The notes: a model not told the origin generated them from the sequence alone. Positions 12,844 through 25,700 are shown, counted from the first letter of the stretch. The stretch: 64,000 nt of DNA from Epithemia pelagica (GCA_946965045.2 OX337238.1:186001-250000); one strand, 5' to 3'. A program made the numbers and translations.

Positions 12844-13784
12844 TAGAGTTCCATTATGCAACAAAAATAGCATCTATGAGTACAACTCCTATCAAAAGAG
12901 TACAAGAAACGAAAAGATGATATAGACAGGCAACTACTCCTACGACTCCCATAGTTCTAGCTAATCCTTGCTCATGATCAATGCTCTACTTCCTAGAGAC
13001 AAAGCAATCATTATGTTTTGTTTTTATCTGTGTTTTTTCTGATATCTAGGAGTAGTCCGCTAGAAAACTATCCGTTAACCCTAATGTGAGATCTATCGTA
13101 CAGGCATGCGGAAGTCTTGCGTACCGCGATCAGTTATTGTTTTACTCCTATATTATTGTCCTTTGTTGAGTCCTACTCTTTCCTGCATGAATACTTGTAA
13201 CTTCAAAGCTTGAATAGGATCAGAAAGCGAAAAGACTTGTTTCTGGTTGGGCTCTTGTCTCACTGTAGCACAAATACATCTAAGGAAGGAACGGTACGCC
13301 AGTTTATGGCGGTTTAATTATCGATAAGAAAGCACCCCTAAGCGCATCCTACTAGAATCATCCGCGCGCAGGACACGCGCACACCTACAAGAACACGCGC
13401 ACACCTACAAGAACATGCGCATGGCCCTTCCTCACGTTATTACTAAAAATGTGCTTTCCAGAACCAGCAAGCGCATGACCCACATTTCACCAACTTCAAC
13501 ACCATGCACAGTCAAGAACCAATAGTCATCACATCCCTCCACCTTCATGCACAGTCAAGAACCAACAGTCATCACATACCCTCCTATGTATGCACTCATC
13601 CTTGATTGTGTCACATCACCATCATGCGCATTACTCCAGCATCAAGTGCAAGCAAGTTGAACACAGTGCATTTAACTAACACCATGCACACATTCCCACT
13701 AACAACCAGCGAATGAATGGAACACAATACATGTAGCTATATAGGAGTAGTATATGAAATGAAACCAATTGTCACTCTGATCAA

Positions 13785-15777
13785 TCACTGCCATGACCGT
13801 TTTCGTGGCCTTTTAGAAGGCCTTGTCACAGCATCATCATCTGCATACCCCATTCGAGAGCGATATTGCCCATTGAGAAACATCATGAACCAGATACCAC
13901 GGTCGCCTGCTCTGTCTTCACGAGCGATTTTCTCTTCCATATCCTCAAAATAGTCCATACCATCCTCATTCATACATCGACTTGAGTTCCAACTGCCTGA
14001 ATATTTGAAGCGAGGATACCTTGCTGAGGATGTATCAATCATTTGATCAACACCATTTTCATTGTACCACCTTGGATTTAATTCAAATAGTTTCGCCTTG
14101 AAAGTGGTCTTGCCCATGTGAGTCCACACATCCCAGCAATCCACAAGGATGGTCAATATGAACGCCTCGTCACTTGAAGTGAATAACTTCAAGGCCTTTT
14201 CGCAATGTTCCTTTCCCTGCTGCTCAGTGTGGTCACCAAAATTGAAATCAATCACGGTTTTATGCATATTCTCACCATAGACACATGGACCAAACAATTG
14301 CAAGAGATATGAATAGGCATAGTTGTCACACTTCTCTCCTCTCAATAACAGAAATTCTTCCAGGGTAGGCATTGGCCCAAAGTCTTCACAGTCGTTCAAA
14401 AGGCATGGATACCTCCGCTGGAAATTACTGTCACGCCATAGATCAAGACCCACATGTTCTAGATTCAGCAACAAATTATCTCACATCTCTTTATGAGAAG
14501 ACGACGTGATGAACCAACACATTCACTCTTCGATTGACACTTACTTATGAATGCTTTTCGCATGGAAGCCAGAACATTTGATCGTTTGCTTCGGAACTTG
14601 TCAAGCATATAAGGTGAATGTTCAATCCACCACTCCTCTTGTTGTTTTGTATCCGTAATACCTTTGCCTTTGAAATAGTGCTCAGTAAAATATGTTTTGC
14701 CATACTTCCCCCAAAGACCATTCGGATCTGCCTTAGTATCTTCGGACATGGAGAAATACTTGACATAACGCCATGCCACCTTCCGAACAAATGTATCAAA
14801 GAACTTCTCCGATACCACCTCAGGCTTTTTCTTCGGCTTTTGCTTCTTACTCTTGTCCTTTTCAACAGACCCTTTGTGTGTAGTGGATGTTACAATCGTA
14901 CTTGTCGGGCAAGATGATTGATTATGGTATACTGTTCTTGTCTGTGTTTCCTGTGCCAACTGATTTTGAATATCGTCTTGTAGAAGAGTTTCCATCGCCT
15001 GATCAGGCCCTGTTGTTAGCAAAGTAGATGACGAAGATGACGACATATCCGAAAGGGAAGAAACGTCGTTAGCAAAGGTATCACCTGATGCATTCAACCC
15101 ACAAACACCCCCGTCATTAGAGCCGTCTCACCGACAAATTGTCCTCCTCCATTTTGTGCATCTAACAACTTACTGACAAGTCCTCCAGCAGGAAAATGTC
15201 TTTCATTAGGATCAAAATCATCTCCATCATACTCACTGGGTCCATTGCTCATATTCTGCAATGCTCGTTGCATTTCAGGTCCAGTGAGAATATTTACACC
15301 GACGTCGTCTTCCTCCATGTTATTAACTGCCGTGTTTGTTGGTTGCGCAAAACCAGATGATGGTTGTGTTCTCAGCCCACCCTGTTCATTATTGCTATCA
15401 TCTGCTGAAGTCACATCGGCTCCATCTCTTTCTGAATTTGTTGCCTGCTCCAAAAGATTACCACTCCCTTCCACAGTTGTGCCTTCTTGTGCTTGTGCTT
15501 GATCGTTGTTCATCGAGATCTGTTCCTCTTCTTCCTCGTCATCAGAACTATCTTCTTGGAGTACTAAACCTCCATTGGCTGCTGCAATAAGAGCATCTTT
15601 GTTTGTAATTGTCCCGTCCTTGTTAGGAAGATTCTCTTTATTTCTTGTTGCCACTGCTGCCAAGATGCTTCTTCGTTGTCGTTCAACCTCTTTCTGATTA
15701 CTTCCATAGTTTGCATTTCGGACTGCTAAGGGTCGACGCCTCGTTGGAGCTGCATTTCTGGTGGTGACTCCTGCCAT
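13785..15777 (-). CDS. Transposon accessory protein of element 1 (three inferred exons)
   Basis: ORFs 15094..15777, 14465..15097 and 13785..14474 join through GT-AG pairs (GTCG|gtgaga...catcag|GTGAT; ATAA|gtaagt...ctag|AACATG). The C-terminal part has LFTSSDEAFILTILVDCWDVW...KYS, a motif I recall from CACTA-associated ORFs. Confidence 0.65.
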
Positions 15778-16341
15778 CGTTTATCTTGGATGCTCCGTCT
15801 GATTTATGACAAGGATATGAACAAGAGCAGGGTGACAACAAGTCCTCTGATGGACAACTATTCAAATTCAAATGCTGGAATGCTCCATGTTTGAATCATA
15901 AACTCCGTGTTTGAACGATGGTCCTTTGGAGAACGTATGAAGATGAGCATAGGTGGTTTCAAGTACATCATACTTGTCAGATGGAACATTGGTGCATGGG
16001 TTTGAATGATTGTCATTTCCTTTCTAATGTCGACAGTGTAGGTATCCTCGGCATTGACACAGTGTTTGAATTCCAATCGCTACTATCACCGTTGGTATCT
16101 AACCCGGCAGGCTGGATTGGATTAAGTAAATACACACGACCGTTTGAAAATATTATGATCCGTTCATGTACATAAGCGATTTTCAGTCGCTTTTATGCAC
16201 CAACGTCGGCCGATCCACCCAATGCGGAGAAATTCTGATATATGCCACAAGATTGACCACCGATGTCTCAATTTGCAGAAATCGATTACAGAGCATTTTT
16301 CATTCCAAACCAAAATCTAAAACCACCAGCATCGTACCATC

Positions 16342-19300
16342 ATGGGCCAGCGTCGTAAAGTAAAAAAGAAGTCGCGAAAGAGATGCTCAAATACAAGCCA
16401 ACAAGAGGAGTCCTTCATATCCTTTCAAGTGTGTCGTTTCTGTCAATCACGTTTCGATGCAAGAGGAATCAGCCGTCACGAAACAGTTTGTGAATTGAAA
16501 ATGAACACACAAAGGAAATGGCCAAATGTTGGCAATGACAACAATGATTGTGCCAGTAATATGAATGCTGATCCAATGAATATTGATATCATGGACGATG
16601 AAACCACTATTCCGCATGCTGACCCACCAAAAGCATACTATGTACCTGGTGATACAGATAATATTATTCTGCGCAACAGCAAGGAGTGCCCGGTTGATTT
16701 TCCTGCGTTCCTTGATAGAGATGGGAAGCAATTGAAACTTCATAAACACGATGCAGCCTTGGTCTCACTTATGATGTTACTTCGGAAAGCTGGTTGCCCC
16801 AAATATTTGTACAATTCGATCCTGGCATGGTCGAGTGACACATACTCAAGATGCGGTCCTGGGTTCTTCCTGGACAACCATTCAAAGAGGAAAACGTTCA
16901 TCGAAAAGTTTTCTACCAAAGGTTTCAATTATCCCAAGGCAAAATTTTTCCCGGTACCAATGGAATTCACCCAAAAACAGGGTGTGGTTGTACCAGAGAG
17001 TGAGAAATCAATAACAACACCAGTATTTGATTTGATCAGTCAACTACAGCGTGTATTACAAGATCCCGATGCAACCAAGAAAGAAAATACGATCCTCGAT
17101 GATGACGATCCGTATCGTCCATATGTTCCAAACAAGCACATCCAAAATATACAAGACGGAGAAGTATTTCGGAAAACAGTGGAAAAATATAGAGATGATC
17201 CAGATGCCTTCGTGGTTGGTCTTGTCTGTTATATGGACAAAACACATGCAACAGGGGATGGAAGATATACATCGGAGCCTGTTGTAATGGTGCCATCTTT
17301 TCTAACGGAAACACAAATGAGGAAAGCAAGGCAACAGATCATCCTTGGGACTATTACAGACATGGAAAGAAAATCATCGGCGGCAAAACATATCCTCGAT
17401 AAAGGGACTCCTTGCCGAAATTATCATGCTCAATTGACTAAGATCCTCGAAGGTCTTGTCAGTATCCAAAAACAGGAAGGTTTATGGATGAAACTACGCC
17501 TCCATGGGATTATCAAAGTTGTCCGTTTGATATTGCCAATGATTGTTGTCAAAGGAGACGGGAAGTCTCAGGATAACCTTGCAGGTCGGTATGCCTCGCA
17601 TCATCCAAGTGTTGGAAGACTATTATGGTGTTGCAACATTAAACCAAGGGATAGCCGATACCCATGGCATGAATGTTCTTATATCAACGCTGCAAGTACA
17701 TACAAAATGTGCTTGAATGCATTGGGTCTTAATGAAAATCGAGAAAAACTGACTGAACAGGATGTTGATTACCAAGAGAGAGACAATGATACATTTTCGA
17801 CTTTGACTGTTCCTACCTGTTTGAGCACATCGCAAGTAAGTCAAGAAAATAGCAGAGATGGAGGGGTCAATACCCTTGTGTCAGCTGCAAAAACCCAATT
17901 GCATGACATGGGACAATATGCAGTCGATCTTTGTTTTTCCAAGGTTTACCTGGGTGAAGGAACCAATTCTGAACATGGGATTTTCTCGGCCAGTAGTTGT
18001 GATGTTCTTCATACATTGAAATCTGGGATAATGAGATACATCATGATTGACTTTTTCACGTTGATGACAAAAACTGAACGGGCCATGTTTGATTATGTCT
18101 ACAATTCAATCTTTCGGGCAAGTAGACAGACTGTATTCTCGTATTCATCGAAACTTGGATATCCCGGAACATCATTCTCGACCGGGATCAGTAACCTGTC
18201 AAAAGTAACTGCCAATGAGTGGGTTGGGATCATGTTTGCTTCAGCAGCTCTATGTGCCACTGCCAGAGGTCGCCTTATATTTGCGAAGAATATGGCAAAG
18301 AAATGGAACAAGGTGGTTGCGGAATGGAAAAAACGACAAGCAAAGCAAACATCCAAAACCACCAACAAGACATGTCAAGTGGACATGGATCAAGTGCAAG
18401 AGACAAGTGAACCTATTGCTGACAATGAAGATGATACTCCACCAGATGAAGAGTACGAACGTACACGTCTTGATGATGATGATAGTGTTGACATTGATAT
18501 CACAGCTGAAACTGTTTTTGATGATGACCCAGTTGCTTACAGGTCTATCTGGGATGTTGATGAGCGGGAACCATACATAGACTTCCTGCATCTATTCGAG
18601 ACTCTTTTGTGTTTCAACAGCTGGATTCGTATGGATACATTCTGGGAAACAGACCCAGACTCACAAGAAGGACAAACAACAGCTTCTAAGTCTCTCGAAT
18701 CAGTGCGGATTTTGATGGATGGCATCAGGAGATATGCACCCAGGCTCGATAAAAAAGGCAAATTGATGTCCAACGGGTGGATGATACCAAAATTCCACAA
18801 TCTCATACACATTATACAACAGATTCAGAATTTTGGACCAGCACGACTGCTTGATGTGGAGTCAGAGGAAAGTAATCACAAGGAAATTGTGAAATTGAAT
18901 GCAAAAACGGTACAGAAACGTGGAAAAGGAATTTTTGAGTCGCAACTTGCAGAAAATATCTGGTGGATGCAAAGCTTGGAAATGCTGCAGGAAGCAACAG
19001 GTCTTGAAGAAGATCATGTCACCTTTCTCCAGGAAGGGAAGTCGCCTTATGAAATAAGGAGAAAAAAGGGATCCCAAAACCAACTCCCTACCACATCAAC
19101 CTCAAATAGTTGTGGAACGGTCATAGTAGTATCCATGACCAGAGAAAAATGTTTGATTCCAGTACCTCACACGAACGTACATACTTCTGGTGATAATCAA
19201 GACCAGTCATCAAATGAAATAGAAAAGGATCTTCCGTCTCCATTGGGTATGTCGATTCAAGTTCCAGGCACGACCAGAAAAGAACAAGATGGATCAAACC

Positions 19301-19785
19301 GAAACCAGACGAGTAGTGTACACAGGCGATTGACAGCAGCACCACACGAGGAGGATGTGGTATCAGTGAATATCGAATTCCATTCCAAAACAAATCATGA
19401 CATGACATTGCCACAGTTTTGTAATCACTTCTTTCGATTACATTACAAACGCTTTTTTCATCATATAGACGGGATGAGTGATGATCCAACAAATGAGACT
19501 TCAACCACACTGGAATTGTTCGGGAGCACAGAACTTAAGTTCGAAGACCCCAGGATAGGAAATATACGGGCTCATCCGAATTATCAAAGCGAGGGGCCAT
19601 GGAGAGATTGGGTGATGGCTAAAGTTCCAAAGAAAAAAAGGAAACCTCTTGACGAGGTATACAACCAACCTCTCGGAGAATTTGATTTAGTTACAATGTC
19701 TGGGCCGTGCGCAACATCAAAGAATGGGCTTCCGAATTCAATGAAAGTGCCCGTGACAATCTCGAGAAACGCTGTAATGAAATGA
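16342..19785 (+). CDS. Plavaka-family (CMC/CACTA-related) transposase, 1147 aa
   Basis: N-terminal CRFC...H...C finger. Motifs VCYMDKTH...EPV, VKGDGKSQD, CDVLHTLKSG, KFHNLIH...FGP...ESEESNHKEIVK and a C-terminal RAHPNY..GPW.DW. The ORF is uninterrupted. Confidence 0.8.
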   Translation: MGQRRKVKKKSRKRCSNTSQQEESFISFQVCRFCQSRFDARGISRHETVCELKMNTQRKWPNVGNDNNDCASNMNADPMNIDIMDDETTIPHADPPKAYYVPGDTDNIILRNSKECPVDFPAFLDRDGKQLKLHKHDAALVSLMMLLRKAGCPKYLYNSILAWSSDTYSRCGPGFFLDNHSKRKTFIEKFSTKGFNYPKAKFFPVPMEFTQKQGVVVPESEKSITTPVFDLISQLQRVLQDPDATKKENTILDDDDPYRPYVPNKHIQNIQDGEVFRKTVEKYRDDPDAFVVGLVCYMDKTHATGDGRYTSEPVVMVPSFLTETQMRKARQQIILGTITDMERKSSAAKHILDKGTPCRNYHAQLTKILEGLVSIQKQEGLWMKLRLHGIIKVVRLILPMIVVKGDGKSQDNLAGRYASHHPSVGRLLWCCNIKPRDSRYPWHECSYINAASTYKMCLNALGLNENREKLTEQDVDYQERDNDTFSTLTVPTCLSTSQVSQENSRDGGVNTLVSAAKTQLHDMGQYAVDLCFSKVYLGEGTNSEHGIFSASSCDVLHTLKSGIMRYIMIDFFTLMTKTERAMFDYVYNSIFRASRQTVFSYSSKLGYPGTSFSTGISNLSKVTANEWVGIMFASAALCATARGRLIFAKNMAKKWNKVVAEWKKRQAKQTSKTTNKTCQVDMDQVQETSEPIADNEDDTPPDEEYERTRLDDDDSVDIDITAETVFDDDPVAYRSIWDVDEREPYIDFLHLFETLLCFNSWIRMDTFWETDPDSQEGQTTASKSLESVRILMDGIRRYAPRLDKKGKLMSNGWMIPKFHNLIHIIQQIQNFGPARLLDVESEESNHKEIVKLNAKTVQKRGKGIFESQLAENIWWMQSLEMLQEATGLEEDHVTFLQEGKSPYEIRRKKGSQNQLPTTSTSNSCGTVIVVSMTREKCLIPVPHTNVHTSGDNQDQSSNEIEKDLPSPLGMSIQVPGTTRKEQDGSNRNQTSSVHRRLTAAPHEEDVVSVNIEFHSKTNHDMTLPQFCNHFFRLHYKRFFHHIDGMSDDPTNETSTTLELFGSTELKFEDPRIGNIRAHPNYQSEGPWRDWVMAKVPKKKRKPLDEVYNQPLGEFDLVTMSGPCATSKNGLPNSMKVPVTISRNAVMK

Positions 19786-20029
19786 AAGAAAGATTGAAAC
19801 AATCTGTCAGCAATTCGACCTCATGATCATAATTTGCCTCTATGGGGGGTTGTCACATACCAGCACTCCCCTCCTAGCCTCCCCCCCCCCCCCCCAACCG
19901 TACGCGAGCCGACCAATTCAACTCAGAGTGTCACACACAAATTGGATGAAATAGTAGATACTTTCCATCGTTTTCCAAAAGTCATCCTCAGTCTTCAGTC
20001 AGTTAAGCTATTCTACTCCTCTTCAAACA

Positions 20030-21157
20030 ATGATCAACCCATACAAATCGAGGAAGAAAACAGTTCCACCCTTGGTGGTCAAACCAAACTTTCCAGTCAC
20101 AAAGATACCTCCATCTAATGAAGAAATGATGATCAACCCATATGAGCTAGAGGAAATAGGGACCCCAATGGTCAAAACGCACTCTCCAACCCCGAAAACT
20201 TGCGACGGTGAACATGACAAGAAGCCACCGCCTGCGTCCAAATCAATAATCAAATGTCATCCACTTCCTTCTTCTAAGCTTGATACCAAGGAAGAAGAGG
20301 AGAAGAAACTACCACCAATCAAGCGCCCATCGTATCAGTTGATCCCAAACCCATATAAGAAGAAGCTCAAGGTTGCCGATCCATCTACTATTCCAATCTT
20401 GCTATTGCGTGACTCTCCTCCGATGTGTAAACCAAGAGCAAACCGAGATAAGCTGCATCTCGAAGTTATTCGGTTCACTGAGCTTGTCAATAAAATCTAT
20501 GGATCCAATGATGTTCCCCCAGAGCCAGTCTGTCCTTGGTGTTTTGTAACCGACAACCTTTCAACAGATCGTAGACTTACAGGAAAATGTTGGCATCGCT
20601 TTGGTAAATCTCTCTCATGTGCCGATTGTTGTTATGGTTGTGGAGTGCCCATGAACGGATGTGATTCAGGTGGGAATGAACGTTGTTGCACCGAAGCCCT
20701 GTATATCCATGATTCGATGAATATCACACGCGAAGAATCAGACATAAACAAGGTTCCATTGGTGTGTAAGTCTTGCTTAAGGCCATGCAATTCTTATTCA
20801 GAATGCGTCTTCTCGCATGGTTGTTGGAACTCTTGCAACAAGTACTTCGTCTGGCGATTCTGTCATATTGCTGGACGGGCGTTGGTGTACGCACAATTGA
20901 AGCCCAATTGCAAAGGACCAGGCACGATTCCCAAACATGCACAGGATATTATCAAAAACGCAACAGAGTTGATGTACAACGAACTGCGAGATCCGATGGA
21001 GTCTTTTCAGTACACATCTCCATTTTGTCATGTTCTTGACCAAGACTCCTGGTCTAAATGGCTTGTCTCCATGTCTTTCGGTCGATACTACAATTACATG
21101 CCGTTCTTCCGTCATTGTTACACAGCCTTGATGTCTTCATCGAAACCATTGTATTAA
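20030..21157 (+). CDS. Cys/His-rich protein of unknown function (paralogue A)
   Basis: 375-aa ORF. The N-terminus is Pro/Lys-rich with INPY repeats. It has CxxC clusters and the motifs NKYFVWRFC, WSKWLVS and NYMPFFRHC. Confidence 0.7.
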   Translation: MINPYKSRKKTVPPLVVKPNFPVTKIPPSNEEMMINPYELEEIGTPMVKTHSPTPKTCDGEHDKKPPPASKSIIKCHPLPSSKLDTKEEEEKKLPPIKRPSYQLIPNPYKKKLKVADPSTIPILLLRDSPPMCKPRANRDKLHLEVIRFTELVNKIYGSNDVPPEPVCPWCFVTDNLSTDRRLTGKCWHRFGKSLSCADCCYGCGVPMNGCDSGGNERCCTEALYIHDSMNITREESDINKVPLVCKSCLRPCNSYSECVFSHGCWNSCNKYFVWRFCHIAGRALVYAQLKPNCKGPGTIPKHAQDIIKNATELMYNELRDPMESFQYTSPFCHVLDQDSWSKWLVSMSFGRYYNYMPFFRHCYTALMSSSKPLY

Positions 21158-21218
21158 ACAAAGACTCGACTTCTTCCAAAGGCAAACTGGGAACAGATAA
21201 CAAGATTTATAATATATG

Positions 21219-22271
21219 TCAATGATCATTACCATCCATATTTCCACGTTCCAACTCCGCCGTCTCAGCCATTCTTTCGAGACAATTACGGAAGCACCTG
21301 ACAAAAAGTGGCATGTAGTTGCGAAAACCAGCCGTAGAATGAGGCAACGAAAGCAACCATACTGCCCATGTTTTATCAGATGCTCGGGCATAATCGTATG
21401 GGGCACAATCGTTATCATCAAAATAGAAACGGGATCGCAATTCCTCAAGCCAAACGCTGCGGACAATAGTAAACATTGGCCAGGTGATTTGACGGGGAAA
21501 GTTCACACCATCGTAAAATGATGTTATTTGAAAAGTACGCGCCACAATATGGCGTATGAGCATACAGAACTGCCACACGAAGTGCTTGTTCTCAGATTCC
21601 ACACAGACACTGCATGAATCCAAATCTGGTTGTGGAATCCCAAAAGGTATTGAGCGTTCGGGAATTCGGAAACATTCCCTACACACCTGACAATGAAATG
21701 TTGGATGCCTGTGGCGGTGACATAAGTTACAACGCATCAAAAAATTCTGCTGCCAGATAACCGAATAATCGAGATATGCCGCACGTGTTACCACTGTATT
21801 ATTTCCATGATTGCACTGGTGATGTGGTGTGGGACGACCAAGGATAACACAGTATGGACAGAGTTTCTCACCTCTAAGCATTTCGTCCACCAACCGTTTG
21901 AATTCAGTCTGGATTTCATGACCGACACGCATCTCTTCTCTGAGTTGTTCTATGACTTGTGGTACATCTTCTTCTTCATTATCGTAATCAAAAAAGATCC
22001 TCCCAGCGTCCCTGTAACAAGGCCGATCATTCACTTCCAAGTTCCTGTCGTTGATCGCCTGCATTTCTCGTCGTCGTCTACGTTCCCGAACATAAAAATC
22101 TTCTTCCTCCGATTCATCTCCCGATTCATCCTCCGGTTGGTCCTCCGGATTGTCAGCCATTCTGTTTGCAGTCTCCTTCTCTTCGTTTTGCTGTGAATGC
22201 AAATACCTGTACTTGTTGCTTCTTCTTTGGATTTTTATGAAACCTCTGCTGTCATATGAACGAGAGTTCAA
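21219..22271 (-). CDS. Cys/His-rich protein of unknown function (paralogue B)
   Basis: 350-aa ORF with an acidic N-terminus, CPYC and the motifs NKHFVWQFC, WAVWLLS and NYMPLFVRC, collinear with paralogue A. Confidence 0.7.
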   Translation of the reverse strand: MNSRSYDSRGFIKIQRRSNKYRYLHSQQNEEKETANRMADNPEDQPEDESGDESEEEDFYVRERRRRREMQAINDRNLEVNDRPCYRDAGRIFFDYDNEEEDVPQVIEQLREEMRVGHEIQTEFKRLVDEMLRGEKLCPYCVILGRPTPHHQCNHGNNTVVTRAAYLDYSVIWQQNFLMRCNLCHRHRHPTFHCQVCRECFRIPERSIPFGIPQPDLDSCSVCVESENKHFVWQFCMLIRHIVARTFQITSFYDGVNFPRQITWPMFTIVRSVWLEELRSRFYFDDNDCAPYDYARASDKTWAVWLLSLPHSTAGFRNYMPLFVRCFRNCLERMAETAELERGNMDGNDH

Positions 22272-22752
22272 CTGGAAATAGATCCACGGATAACCGATCG
22301 GTCGCGTTTGTGTACAGAAATCGTCACACTATACTATTCACTGTGAGTATTACCACATACTGTGAGGATAAGTGTAATCATTCCCAACATGGTCGCGTTT
22401 CACTCGCTGGGCTGACCTATCGGTGTGGCTTTGCAAAATTCCATTGACATGGAACAATGACATGCTTCTAGAACTTGAATGGCTCCAAATTTTCGTAGAG
22501 ACCATTTGGGTATCATTTGCATGGACAGTAAAGGCTCTGAACTTGTCTATCATCAACCAAAAGACTTGCAATAGACCCTACCGGTGTGGTGTTGCCGTCG
22601 TCCCAAAATTCTATGGACATGGAGCAAAGACATGCTTCTAGAACTCGAATGGCTCCAAATTTTCTAGAGACCCTTGGGGTATCATAGGCATTGATTGATG
22701 GTAGGTAGTGGTTTTGCTGACAGGTGGACATGGTCTTGTATATTAGAAATCT

Positions 22753-25700
22753 CTATTCGTCACTAGATTTCTGGCCCGACGCCAAGCCTCCAATTTCATG
22801 AGAATTGTCATCCTCGTTTTGTGTTACGGTAGCACTCAAAGATCTTGCATTTGTGCTAAAAAACCAACCAATCGTATGATTTCCCACATTCTTGTCTTTC
22901 GGTGGTATGGAGTGTGTATGGACAGATGTTCCATGTCTGATGATTCTCCCGTCCCATGCGATCGCAATGCCATGGAATAACCGGATACAAAGCCCATGAT
23001 AAGTCTTGTCCTTATGCTTTATAAGGACGTTGGGAAGGACGAAATACCAATCGTTGGTGCTGCCCGGGTTGGTTTCTGTCCAGATTGTAAAGGACACTGA
23101 TGCATCATGAATATCATAGTGGCTTGCATTCATCAAATCGCAACTCAAAATGATGGATGATGACACACCCCTTTCGTTTCCTCCCAATTCGTTTGGGACA
23201 TCCAAACCGAAGTTTGTTTCCAGGTGTCTGAAAGCCGATAACACACCAGGGAATTTTCTCTCACAGAATCGCCGAACACCTCCACAGATTTTTGGCAATA
23301 TATTCATCATGTTTGGAGATATTTTGAAAAGTTTGTCAGAAAAGAATGTACTTCTGCCACCCGTTTTTGTGCACACACCAACAGATGTCATAGTCCCCAT
23401 ATCACCATGGTTACACCTTGCATTGGCTGATCTCTCTAGTGTACCGCTCTGCGCGAAGTGACATGACCTCTTGTGTAACAATGAAAGTAGGTTTTTGTCA
23501 TTTTGCTGAAGTGTTGTCACTTTGACATGGCTGATGGTTTCGTTTTTACCCGCGTACCCACGTGTCCGAACAATGAATGTTGTATCTTCTCCGGTTTCCC
23601 TTACATCAAACAGGAGCGGACGGACTGAAGTATCAGGCGGAGGGGACAGGTTTCTATACAATGCTCCATGGACGTACTTTCGGCATCCAGTCTTATTAGC
23701 ACTGGCTTTATTCAGCAGTGTTTCACGATACCACACTCTAAGAGAATGTTGGTCATTTGGTGTCATTTTGGGTCTGGACTTTTCACTTGTATAATGATCA
23801 GGGGCCCAAAGTGGAGAACCACTTTCGACATCAGACGCTTGGTAGCATTCATGGACAACTCTCTTTGCACTTTGTGTCCAATCAATACACCAACACTTGA
23901 CAACCTTTTTGAGGAATGCCCCACCACTTGGTTGGCCGTCGGAATGTCGTAAGCGCAGCCAGGATATAGGTAGTGCTACCAAAGATGAAGTGCATTCCGA
24001 TGTTGCATACCCAGTATTCATTATCATTGCCGAAGTATAAAAAATACCGGCCAAAGGGATGATAACGATCACGTCATGGAAAATATGGTCCATACAATCA
24101 TCACAGTTTTTCTTGGATGTGCGACAATGGGAGATTGTATCGTCAAACGCAGACCACACGGTTTTGGGGTGTTTCCGATGTCCCTTATGTTGTTGACAGC
24201 GATTCAGTACACATTCTACCAAGAAGGCACATGGAGACCGGGTTGTTAAGAACTTCGGGTCACATTCTGTCACATGAAGCTTGTTGTCTTCGAAACAACA
24301 ATGGCTTGCTGGATCTTCCGTCACCTCACCAACCATGTCTTTCATTTGTTCGTACATGTTAGGTAATTTTCCCATGATTGTCTGGAGGTCTGTTGGTGTG
24401 ATGTTGTAGTCTTTCAGAACCTTTGTATAGCAGATGCCAAACACTCTCCGATCATCATTGCTACTGAGACAGAGTGATAGTAAGTCGCGTAGTTTTTTTG
24501 CTACCTTGTCCATGTCAGGAATTCCAAAAAAACACATTTCTGTATGATCGGATTCATTTGGTTTGGAGAATTTTGTCGTCAAATGGCTAGGTTTCTCAGC
24601 CTGTCGTCTCATATACTTCTTCATCGTTTCATGTGTTAGTGTCAACTTTGATAGGCCCTCTTGTCGTCGTTGCTTGTTCGTGGGTAGTCCCCTGGATGAA
24701 CCAATGGTCTTACATCCTTTACTTTTCCTTTCCGGTGAAGTATTTTGTTCGTCAGTATCGTCATGATTATCGTGTATTGGAGACTCGTGAATCTCCTTCG
24801 TACCTCGTTCGTCTTCTATGCGCTGATCCGTTTGTGCTGTCGTGTTGATGCTACTTCCCTTGTTATGGTCGTTTTTTGTCATTTGGTCATCGTTGTTCTT
24901 TTTGCTACCTTTTTGTTTGTCGGTACTATCCTTTCCTTCTTTGGTTTGTGTCGCATCATCTTGGTTGACACTGTCATTGTGACAGCTAGACGGATTATCA
25001 CTGTCAGGTGCGTTGTTGGCATTCTTAGACCCGTCACATTCCTTGCCCTTTTGTTTGTCTGTAGAACCATTGCCATCTCTGCTTTGTATCTCTTCCCCTT
25101 GTCCACATTCATCTTGGTGACTGGAGGTTGCTTTCTGACCGCTCTGTCTGTTCCGATCATCCCTCTCCTGATTGTCCTTGGAATTCCAACCAAGTTTGGA
25201 TAGGCCATCCTGCCCTCCACGACTCGCTGTAATGTGATGAATGTCCTTTTCTCCCTCTCTACGAGGTGATTGATTTGGTTGACTATTACCTCTATCAGTT
25301 GAGGGACGGTTAGGCTCTCTCTGACGGGTACGCCTAGAATGATCGTTGTGTCCAGGATGACTGTCTCTAAGTGACAAATGGTGCCTGGAATGTTCGTTGT
25401 ATCCAGGGAATCTCTCCCAATCCATCGGATGTCGATTAGACCATTGATTGTGGCTATCTCTGTATACCGAATGGTGCCTTGTATGTTCTCTTGAATGTTC
25501 GTTGTATCCAGAGAATCTCCTCCAATCCATCGAATGTCGATTAGACAATTGATTTTGATTATCATGTCTTCTTTTTCTATCCCGGTAAGTGTTTTCCATG
25601 ATTTGATCTCTTCTCCCTCTAGACTCGTCTTGGTGGTTATCATGGTATCCAGGTTGGTCTTGTCGTTCAATGACTCCTCTTCTAGTTTGTTGGTTATCTT

